A DNA stretch of 32,000 bases from an archaeon. Its GTDB lineage: Archaea > Iainarchaeota > Iainarchaeia > Iainarchaeales > JANQMZ01. The translations under genes were made by a program, and so were the position numbers. The DNA lies in the NCBI GenBank assembly GCA_028279805.1, contig JANQMZ010000007.1:390001-422000 (forward strand), given 5' to 3'. Shown here piece by piece: positions 8,940 through 16,108 of the stretch; within the stretch, counting starts at the first letter, position 1; each line of letters starts with the position of its first letter. The notes below the pieces were generated by a model. The model made no database searches. It had not been told where the DNA came from and saw only the letters and a program-made list of their open reading frames with translations.

Positions 8940-9015
8940 AAATCAATCTCAGAACTCATAATCGTCTTCATTTTCTATTGAATCAGCGCTCAGCCTGTTC
9001 TTCATAGATTGATTT
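8940..9015 (-). ncRNA. Box C/D sRNA, dual guide predicted to target tRNA-Met
   Basis: Minus-strand RNA: AAATCAATC(stem)-T-ATGAAGA(C)-ACAGGCTGAGCG(12 nt)-CTGA(D')-TTCAATAGAAA-ATGAAGA(C')-CGATTATGAGTT(12 nt)-CTGA(D)-GATTGATTT(stem), then C and a run of eight T. A TATA-like AAATATAT lies roughly 30 nt upstream. Confidence 0.85.
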
Positions 9016-9106
9016 TAATACATACGCAAATAAAATTAATATATTTGCCCTTTCATCGGAAAACCGCTTTGAAAATTCTTATTTAAAAATAAAACCAAAT
9101 AATAAC

Positions 9107-9799
9107 ATGTATGCTAGGGGAAAAAATGGTTGGTTTTCAATTAAAACAGCAAACAATCTTATAGAAAAACCAACTGAAGAATTAGCCGAATTTATTGGAA
9201 TTATGCTTGGCGATGGAAACATTCACGAAATAGATGGCAAAGGAATTTACCAAGTAAGGATAGCAGGACATAAAATTGATGATGCAGCATATTTTGATTA
9301 TTTAGAAAAATTGTTTATCAATCTTTTTGGAAAAAAACCTTCTTTTTATAAGTCAAAAAATAGAAAAACAATCTATCTTACGAAACAAAGCAAAGATGTT
9401 GTACACACTCTAAAACATTTTGGATTAATTCCAGGAAATAAAACAAAAAACAATTGTGGAATCCCAAGTTGGATTTTTTCCAATAATAAATTTTTGAAAG
9501 CTTGTGTAAAAGGACTTATAGATACTGACGGAAGTGTTTATCCCAAAACAAAAAAACACAAAACGCCTACAATTTACTTTACAAGCGCAATTCCAGAACT
9601 AAGACAAGATTTTAAAAAAGCTCTTCAGAACTTAAATTATAAATGCTCAAAATGGGTTAAAAAATCAGGAAAGGCAGCACAAGATTGTACAATTGGAGAT
9701 AGAGCAGAAGTTTTGAGGTACTACAGAGAAATAGGTTTTTCAAATCCAAAACATGAAAAAAGATTCAAAAAATTTTGGAAACTCGCCCTTGTAGTGTAG
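9107..9799 (+). CDS. LAGLIDADG homing endonuclease; stop codon lies inside tRNA-Glu
   Basis: Two LAGLIDADG-type helices, EELAEFIGIMLGDGNI and FLKACVKGLIDTDGSVY. C-terminus KLALVV* is encoded by the first 15 nt of tRNA-Glu. Confidence 0.9.
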   Translation: MYARGKNGWFSIKTANNLIEKPTEELAEFIGIMLGDGNIHEIDGKGIYQVRIAGHKIDDAAYFDYLEKLFINLFGKKPSFYKSKNRKTIYLTKQSKDVVHTLKHFGLIPGNKTKNNCGIPSWIFSNNKFLKACVKGLIDTDGSVYPKTKKHKTPTIYFTSAIPELRQDFKKALQNLNYKCSKWVKKSGKAAQDCTIGDRAEVLRYYREIGFSNPKHEKRFKKFWKLALVV

Positions 9800-9859
9800 C
9801 CTGGTCAAGCACACAGGGTTCTCAACCCTGTAACCCGGGTTCAAATCCCGGCAAGGGCA
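9785..9859 (+). tRNA. tRNA-Glu(CTC)
   Basis: Acceptor GCCCTTG/CAAGGGC, anticodon arm CAGGG-TTCTCAA-CCCTG, T arm CCGGG-TTCAAAT-CCCGG, discriminator A. No intron. Confidence 0.92.
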
Positions 9860-9870
9860 TTGGTGATAAA

Positions 9871-10182
9871 ATGAAAGAATTGCAGGAAAAAATCAAACAG
9901 TTTTGCAAAGAACATGGATTGGAACATAAAGCAGAACACCATGCATTGGATTTGGCTTCAGAAACTGGTGAAATTGCAAAAGAAATACTGAAAATGAGTG
10001 ACTATGGCAGAAAAAAACTGGAAAAAAATGAAAACATTGAATCAGAATTAGGCGATGCTTTATATTCTTTGATTACAATTGCAAATTATTTTGATGTTAA
10101 TCTTGAAAAAGCTTTGGAACTGGTTTTGGAAAAATATGAAAAAAGACTAAAAAAAGGTTCAGCAGGCTCTGAAAACGATTAA
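9871..10182 (+). CDS. MazG-like nucleotide pyrophosphohydrolase domain protein
   Basis: ALDLASETGEIAKEILK and ESELGDALYSLITIANYFDVNLEKAL match the ExxE and ExxD motifs of the MazG family. ATG at 9871 preferred because the ORF-track start at 9775 runs through tRNA-Glu. Confidence 0.85.
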   Translation: MKELQEKIKQFCKEHGLEHKAEHHALDLASETGEIAKEILKMSDYGRKKLEKNENIESELGDALYSLITIANYFDVNLEKALELVLEKYEKRLKKGSAGSEND

Positions 10183-10218
10183 AAAGCTATTTAAACAATT
10201 ACAAAAACAATTAATAGA

Positions 10219-10324
10219 AACGCGGTGTTCCGCGTGAGAACATCCGCCTTCGGCAGGATGTCCGAAGCAAAGCTTCGGAAGTGCCACTGAAAGTGGCACG
10301 CGGAGTAACCGTACGCAATCGGTT
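10219..10324 (+). repeat. Tandem hairpin array (locus L2) immediately 5' of tRNA-Thr(TGT)
   Basis: ACGCGG/CCGCGT (10220-10235), ACATCC-GCC/GGC-A-GGATGT (10240-10261), TCCGAAGC/GCTTCGGA (10261-10279), GTGCCACT/AGTGGCAC (10281-10299), AACCG/CGGTT (10307-10324). Adjacent hairpins nearly abut or share a base. Confidence 0.85.
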
Positions 10325-10325
10325 C

Positions 10326-10398
10326 GCCTCGGTAGCTCAGTGGCTAGAGCACTTGCCTTGTAAGCAGGGGGTCGCGAGTTCGAATCTCGCTCGAGGCT
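10326..10398 (+). tRNA. tRNA-Thr(TGT)
   Basis: Acceptor GCCTCGG/TCGAGGC, anticodon arm CTTGC-CTTGTAA-GCAGG, T arm GCGAG-TTCGAAT-CTCGC. Confidence 0.94.
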
Positions 10399-10451
10399 TT
10401 TTTATCAAAAAAGTTTTAAAGGAAAAAAAGAATTAAGTTAAAGGTGATTTA

Positions 10452-10901
10452 ATGGACGGAGTAATTCAGTTTATTGCAAATTATGCGGGTTGGACATCGG
10501 TTAAAAAATTAAAAGTTACAAATGAAACTGATCCAAGAACTATTATGGAATTCTTGGCAAGTTTGGGAACAGGAATTGATAACAAGGTTGAAGAAAATTT
10601 AAGAAAACTGGTTGATTTGGATTCTCTTGATAAAATTGTTGAAGAAGAAACTGAAAAGTTGGGAAAGAACAAGGATTCTGTTAATGAAGCTGTTTTGATT
10701 ATTAAAAGTGCAAAGGTTCGCAAACAAATTAAGGAAATTTGTGAATTGGAAGAATTGCAGAAAAATGAAAAAAAAGAACTGGAAGGATTTTGCACTGTTT
10801 ATATTACCAGAAGAATTTTGAAAGAAGTTGGTTTGCAGCCTGATTATTCTCAGATTGAAATTCCGGGAATGAAAAGATTAATGAGAAAAAAACCAAAGTA
10901 G
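10452..10901 (+). CDS. Hypothetical archaeal protein, possibly DUF2666-like
   Basis: 149-aa ORF (MDGVIQFIANYAGWTSVKKLKV...) with charged helical content, in a compact context. The family name is a guess from recall. Confidence 0.7.
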   Translation: MDGVIQFIANYAGWTSVKKLKVTNETDPRTIMEFLASLGTGIDNKVEENLRKLVDLDSLDKIVEEETEKLGKNKDSVNEAVLIIKSAKVRKQIKEICELEELQKNEKKELEGFCTVYITRRILKEVGLQPDYSQIEIPGMKRLMRKKPK

Positions 10902-10909
10902 TTGTTTAA

Positions 10910-11785
10910 ATGTTTGAATTGGTTCAGGGATTTGATGAAGCATTCCTTTTGTTAATTCAAAGCATTTCATTTGAACCATTCATTACACTTTTTTATATTC
11001 TGACTCAATTTGGCAGTCCGTTGTTATGGTTTGGCGTGGCCACATATGTTTACTGGACCGGCCGAGAAAGAGAGGGATTTCATTTAATGAATTTGGTTTT
11101 GTTAACAGTCGGAATTTCAGGTTTTTTTAAAACAATTTTTGACAGGCCAAGGCCTGATGAAGCAAAATTTTTTGTAAGACAAAGTTTAAGTGAGAGTGTG
11201 TTTGGAAATCAAAAAATTACCAATGCAGGTTTTCCAAGCTCTCATGCAGCAATGGCGGGAGGAGCTGTAGGTTATTATTGGAATATTGTTAAACAAAATC
11301 AAAAAACTTTGCTTGTTTTATTGGCTTTAATTATTCCTTTATCCAGAATGGTTTTGGGCCAGCATTTTTTTACAGATGTTTTGGTCGGATTGTTTTTGGG
11401 AATATTTTTGGGAAAAATTATTTACTGGAGTAAAAACAAACTGGAAAAATACAGTTTTGAACCAACTTTAACAAGGGAAATTGAAATTGGTTTGGCTGTA
11501 ATTGCTTTCGGAGCAGCAATGCTTTGGAGCGATTTTCCACCAATTTTTGGAGCTTTAATGGGTTTTTATGCTGGTTTTTTTTCATTAAAAAAAGCTTATC
11601 CTCTGGAATACAAAGGCAGGAGCCTGAAAAAAGAAGCTTTTGGTTTTCTGGTTTTGTTTGCAATTTTATGGTTTTCAATTGTCAGTGAAGGCATTGTTTC
11701 TTTGATTAGTTTTTTTGTTCTGGGTTTATGGGTTTCTTTTATTTACCCTTGGCTTCATCACAAGTTTGCCGAACCGGTTATTTAG
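10910..11785 (+). CDS. PAP2-family membrane phosphatase/phosphotransferase
   Basis: Motifs KTIFDRPRPDE, GFPSSHAAMAGG and SRMVLGQHFFTDVLVG in a multi-TM context. Confidence 0.93.
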   Translation: MFELVQGFDEAFLLLIQSISFEPFITLFYILTQFGSPLLWFGVATYVYWTGREREGFHLMNLVLLTVGISGFFKTIFDRPRPDEAKFFVRQSLSESVFGNQKITNAGFPSSHAAMAGGAVGYYWNIVKQNQKTLLVLLALIIPLSRMVLGQHFFTDVLVGLFLGIFLGKIIYWSKNKLEKYSFEPTLTREIEIGLAVIAFGAAMLWSDFPPIFGALMGFYAGFFSLKKAYPLEYKGRSLKKEAFGFLVLFAILWFSIVSEGIVSLISFFVLGLWVSFIYPWLHHKFAEPVI

Positions 11786-12662
11786 TTAAAGAATTTGAAA
11801 CAATTTGTTCAATGTTTTTTCCAAGATAAGAATTGTCTTCAATAATATAATCAGCTAATTTTAATGTTTGGGAAATTTTTTGATTGGTTCTTTTTTGTTT
11901 TACTTTTATTAAAATTGTTCTCATTCTTTTAGCCAAATCAATATCAGAATAACCGTCTGTTATCAGTAAAGATTTTTTAAAATCAAACGGAATTTTTTTT
12001 CTGAAAGACAGCATTTCCAGTAATTCTGCTTTTGTTCTGACAGGAATTCCCTGAAATTGCCCTGTTTTCATTGCAACAATTTGTTTTAAACCGGTTAAGG
12101 ATTGTTTTTTGTCAAACTTTAATTTGCTTCCTATAACAAAATCAAATTCCAGGCCAAATTCTTTTTTTAAATAATTGTTTAACAATTCGCCAAATTCTAA
12201 TGATGCCTGTGTTGCCAAAACCAGTTTTGTGTTAAAAGTTTGTTTTAAAAATTTTAAAGATTCAATCAAATCAATTCTTAAACCTGGAATAATCAATTCT
12301 AAAACTTTGTTTAAATCTTTTTTTGAAAAATTTCTGCTTATTAAAAAAGCGTTTCCCCAGACAATTGCGCTTTCAACCGAATTTTTACCCGAAGCAATGC
12401 TTTCAAGAATCACATCATATAACAATTCTCCTAAAACAGTTTTCCCGGTTTTTTCAGGATATTTTAATTTTAAAGCTTCTAATGAAACATCTCCTGAAAA
12501 TAATGTTCCGTCCATGTCAACAACAATTAAATCAATTGGCTGTTTTTGAAATTTTTTTCTGACAGTTTTTTTTTTAATATTAAAAACAACTGAATCTTTT
12601 ACAATGCCTCCGACCAAACGGGCTTTTTTTGCTTTTGCTTTAATTGTTTCCTTTAATGCCAT
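11778..12662 (-). CDS. HAD-superfamily phosphatase (SerB/PGP-like)
   Basis: VVDMDGTLFSGD, LVLATQAS, FDFVIGSKLKFD, KSLLITDGYSDIDLAK. Confidence 0.85.
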   Translation of the reverse strand: MALKETIKAKAKKARLVGGIVKDSVVFNIKKKTVRKKFQKQPIDLIVVDMDGTLFSGDVSLEALKLKYPEKTGKTVLGELLYDVILESIASGKNSVESAIVWGNAFLISRNFSKKDLNKVLELIIPGLRIDLIESLKFLKQTFNTKLVLATQASLEFGELLNNYLKKEFGLEFDFVIGSKLKFDKKQSLTGLKQIVAMKTGQFQGIPVRTKAELLEMLSFRKKIPFDFKKSLLITDGYSDIDLAKRMRTILIKVKQKRTNQKISQTLKLADYIIEDNSYLGKNIEQIVSNSLTK

Positions 12663-12686
12663 AAGTCACACCAAGATTAAAAAAAT

Positions 12687-14321
12687 TTAAGAATAAGCCC
12701 AGCGTTTTTCACTTTGTTTTTTTTGTTTAGGGCTAACACCATGTTCCGTTTTTTCCCAGTAATGCGGGTTAAAAAACAATTGATAAGCAGCTTTAAGAGT
12801 TGCCAAAGCCATTAAAAGCCAGTAAACAGGAATAAGCAAAGACCATTTTGCAACGCCTTTTTTGTCTTTAACAAAAGGACCCCAGACATGCAGCAAAACA
12901 AACAAGGAATTTCCAACAATTAAGGAAATCCAGCCCAAGGTTAATAATGGTTCGGGAAACATTTGCGCAATCACGCCTGACCGGGTTAAAAGCCATGTTA
13001 TGGCCATTGCCCAGAAAATCAGGTTTAAAATATGGGTTATGGGTGTTCCGCCAATGATGAAAATAAATGTAAACAAGCCTCGCCAGGAATAATCCCGGAT
13101 TGTTTGAATCGGGTGCCTGAAATGAACCAAAAAAGTTTGCATGAACCCTTTAACCCATCTTGACCTTTGGTTAATCCAGCTGCTTAAAACACTATTACTT
13201 TCTTCCAAGGTAATAGAATCAAACATTCCGACTCCGTATTTGTTGCCCTGTGTTTTTGTTGAAATGCTTTCCTCCCAAGTGGTTGATTCCATAACAGCAA
13301 TATTATAACCCAATCTGGATAAACGCATTCCCAGATCAGCATCCTCTGTAACATTATAAGGATCCCAGCCTCCTACTTCCCTCAAAACACTTGTTCTAAA
13401 ATGATTAGATGTTCCGCCCAAAGGAATTGGCAAATTTAAAACATGCAAACCGGGCAAAACATATTCAAACCAAACAGTGTATTCAGCTGTAAACCATTTG
13501 CTTAACAAATTTTCATGCGGATTATAAAAATTTAATTTTGCCTGCAAAGTAACAGTGTTTTCACCCAACTGGTTAAACAGCCAGACAGCTTTCTTTAACT
13601 GATTCGGTTCAGGAATGTCCTCGGCATCATATATTGCCAAAAAATCTCCTTTTGCTTTCATTAAGCCAACATTTAACGCTTTTGGTTTTGTTTTAGGATG
13701 AGAATCAGGCAAAACAATAACATCATATTCCGGTCCCATCAAATCTTTTACATTTTCAACAGCCTGAATTGTTTCCTTGTCATTTTCTTCCAACAACAAT
13801 TTAATATCCAGTTTTTTTCGAGGATATTCCAACCTGTTTAAAGCTTTAATTAAAGTTTTCATAACCCCCGATTCTTTGTAAGCTGCAACCATTACCGTGT
13901 AAATGGGCAAATCTTTGTCTTCCATTGCAACCAAATCAGCTTCAGTCGGATTTGGAACACCTTTTCTTACAGATAAATAAAAAACTAATGCTTTGAAAAA
14001 AATTGTTAAAAAATAGAACGCCATTGCAAAAACAACAAACAAAACACCAAAACTTAAACCTGTTAAAATTTTTACACTAAATAAAGCCAAAGCCAAAACA
14101 AGCAAAAAGAAAACAGCTAATTCTTTTGTTTCCCTGTGAAAAGTTTTTTTTGCACTAATTTTATCATGAATAAACAAATAGTCGCCTTGATGATTCAAAT
14201 CATATTTTGTCAAATAATGCTCATGAGTTTTGGTAAAATGCAAACTATTCTGAATTTTTTTTTTAAAACTTTTACGGGTTTCTTTTGCTTTTTTCTTAAA
14301 AACTGCAAGCATTCCAATCAC
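12687..14321 (-). CDS. GT2-family membrane glycosyltransferase (processive, BcsA/hyaluronan-synthase-like fold)
   Basis: YTVMVAAYKESGV, DAEDIPEPNQL, GGWDPYNVTEDADLGMRL, INQRSRWVKGFMQ (QxxRW) and flanking TM helices. Confidence 0.9.
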   Translation of the reverse strand: MIGMLAVFKKKAKETRKSFKKKIQNSLHFTKTHEHYLTKYDLNHQGDYLFIHDKISAKKTFHRETKELAVFFLLVLALALFSVKILTGLSFGVLFVVFAMAFYFLTIFFKALVFYLSVRKGVPNPTEADLVAMEDKDLPIYTVMVAAYKESGVMKTLIKALNRLEYPRKKLDIKLLLEENDKETIQAVENVKDLMGPEYDVIVLPDSHPKTKPKALNVGLMKAKGDFLAIYDAEDIPEPNQLKKAVWLFNQLGENTVTLQAKLNFYNPHENLLSKWFTAEYTVWFEYVLPGLHVLNLPIPLGGTSNHFRTSVLREVGGWDPYNVTEDADLGMRLSRLGYNIAVMESTTWEESISTKTQGNKYGVGMFDSITLEESNSVLSSWINQRSRWVKGFMQTFLVHFRHPIQTIRDYSWRGLFTFIFIIGGTPITHILNLIFWAMAITWLLTRSGVIAQMFPEPLLTLGWISLIVGNSLFVLLHVWGPFVKDKKGVAKWSLLIPVYWLLMALATLKAAYQLFFNPHYWEKTEHGVSPKQKKQSEKRWAYS

Positions 14322-14425
14322 AAAAAAATAGAATTAGTACCAATTTGTGAAAATAAAGGTTTAAAAGGCTTAAAATTGAATAAAAAGCTTTAAAAACTCG
14401 CTTTGACTCAATTCTAAATCAGAAT

Positions 14426-14608
14426 CCCGCCTTAGCATAGTAGCCAATGCGCTCGGCTGTAGACTCCCGCCTGACCGCGGGAAAAGGTCGTGTCACTTTC
14501 GGTGACACTGGCGCTCTTTGAAGCGCAAAACCGGTTAAATCCGTTTTAGGATTGAAACAGCGCATGGCAGTAACCGAGAGATCCCCGGTGCAAGTCCGGG
14601 AGGCGGGA
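14426..14608 (+). tRNA. tRNA-Tyr(GTA) interrupted by a 110-nt BHB intron
   Basis: Acceptor CCCGCCT/AGGCGGG (C1:G72 as in archaeal tRNA-Tyr), D stem GCAT/ATGC, anticodon stem CTCGG/CCGAG, loop CTGTAG|A, T arm CCCGG-TGCAAGT-CCGGG, discriminator A. Splice region: CTGT(14457-60)-AGA pairs with GCAG(14567-70)-TAA. Confidence 0.88.
14463..14572 (+). other. tRNA-Tyr intron containing tandem hairpins (locus L3)
   Basis: Canonical 37/38 position. Central 4-bp helix CTGT/GCAG is flanked by 3-nt bulges AG^A and TA^A. Internal hairpins: TCCCGC/GCGGGA (14465-14482), GTGTCACT/GGTGACAC (14490-14508), GCGCT/AGCGC (14511-14526), AATCC/GGATT (about 14538-14553). Confidence 0.85.
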
Positions 14609-14681
14609 CTTAGCCTATTATTTGGAGATGGCGATACATTTAAATAAACGACCGACTAATCAGTCTATTGGTGATACTGAA

Positions 14682-15494
14682 ATGGAACAAAAAGTTATTT
14701 TAATTACAGGAGCCAGTTCCGGAATGGGGAAGGTTACTGCTATAAATCTAATCAAGGAGGGGCATATTGTTTATGGAGCTTCTTTTGATCCGGAAAACAT
14801 GAAAGACCTTGAAAAATTGGGAGGAAAAATTCTGGACATGGATGTTACAAAAGATGAACAAATTGAAGCAGGCGTTAAAGAAGTGATTGATAATGAGGGT
14901 AGGATTGATGTTCTTTGGAACAATGCAGGTTATGGTTTATATGGTCCGGTTGAAGAAATTCCTTTAGAGCAAGGGAGGCATCAGTTTGATGTGAATTTTT
15001 TCGGGCTTGTAAAACTGACACAGGTTGTAACGCCGCACATGAGAAAACAAAATTCAGGATTGATTATTAATACTTCTTCAATGGGTGGCAAAGTTTACTT
15101 TCCGTTAGGCGCATGGTATCATGCAACAAAACATGCAGTTGAAGGTTTTTCAGATTGTTTAAGATTAGAATTAGAACCTTTTGGAATAAATGTTGTTGTA
15201 TTGGAACCAGGAGCAATTGAAACAGGATTCTATAATGCTCTGCTGAAAAATGTTTCAGATGAATGGTTAAAAGGACCATACGGAAAAAGAGTTGAACGAA
15301 TGAAGAATTTTGATACTAGTTCAATGAAAGGTTCTCCTCCAAGTGTTATTTCTGAAACTGTGCAAAAAATTATTTCAACTGACAAACCAAAAACAAGGTA
15401 TGTTGTTGGAGCAATGGCTCGGCCAATGATGTTCATGAGAAAATGGTTTGGAGACAGGTTTTATGATGGAATGATAAAAAGAAACTTTGGATAA
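14682..15494 (+). CDS. Short-chain dehydrogenase/reductase
   Basis: VILITGASSGMGK, WNNAGYGLYG and YHATKHAVEG. ATG at 14682 preferred over the upstream start at 14622. Confidence 0.93.
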   Translation: MEQKVILITGASSGMGKVTAINLIKEGHIVYGASFDPENMKDLEKLGGKILDMDVTKDEQIEAGVKEVIDNEGRIDVLWNNAGYGLYGPVEEIPLEQGRHQFDVNFFGLVKLTQVVTPHMRKQNSGLIINTSSMGGKVYFPLGAWYHATKHAVEGFSDCLRLELEPFGINVVVLEPGAIETGFYNALLKNVSDEWLKGPYGKRVERMKNFDTSSMKGSPPSVISETVQKIISTDKPKTRYVVGAMARPMMFMRKWFGDRFYDGMIKRNFG

Positions 15495-15540
15495 CAAAGC
15501 TCTTTTATTTCATTAAACATTATTAAAATAATGGATTTTC

Positions 15541-16095
15541 ATGGATAAAAAAGAACAAATTATCAAAACTGGCATGAAGCTTTTTGTCAAACAGGGATTT
15601 GAGAATACTCCCACTTCCCAAATTTCAAAAGAAGCCAAAGTTGGAACTGGTACATTATTTCATCACTTTAAAACAAAAGATGATTTGGTAAATGAAATTT
15701 ACACTTATGTCAAGAAAAGCATGGCAAATGCTTCCTTTAAGAATGTAAATGAAAAAATGGGAATAAAAGACCAAATTAAGTTAATTTGGAATAATTTGAT
15801 GGAGTGGGGATTTAAAAACAGAAATGAAAACCAGTTTCTTGAAAGGTTTTATGGTTCAACATATATTAACAAATTAACTATTGAACAAATGCAATCAGAG
15901 TTTAAATATGCAGGAAAGCTTTTTGAAAATGCTAAAAAAAACAATATAATTAGGGATATTTCACCTGAACTGCTTGAAAGCATTACATTTGCAATAAACA
16001 GAAGCTTTTTAGCAGAATTCTATAAAAAGAAAAAATTTGACAAAAAGCTGTTAAAGCAAAGCTTTGAAATGTACTGGAATGCAATTAAGAAATAA
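15541..16095 (+). CDS. TetR-family transcriptional regulator
   Basis: N-terminal HTH: IIKTGMKLFVKQGFENTPTSQISKEAKVGTGTLFHHFKTKDDLVNEIY. Confidence 0.93.
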   Translation: MDKKEQIIKTGMKLFVKQGFENTPTSQISKEAKVGTGTLFHHFKTKDDLVNEIYTYVKKSMANASFKNVNEKMGIKDQIKLIWNNLMEWGFKNRNENQFLERFYGSTYINKLTIEQMQSEFKYAGKLFENAKKNNIIRDISPELLESITFAINRSFLAEFYKKKKFDKKLLKQSFEMYWNAIKK

Positions 16096-16108
16096 TTGGA
16101 ATGATTTT

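Noticed and set aside
14655-14680. GACTAATCAGTC-like dyad upstream of the SDR gene as a TetR operator
   Set aside because: Only 4-bp arms clearly pair; too weak to call without homologous promoters.
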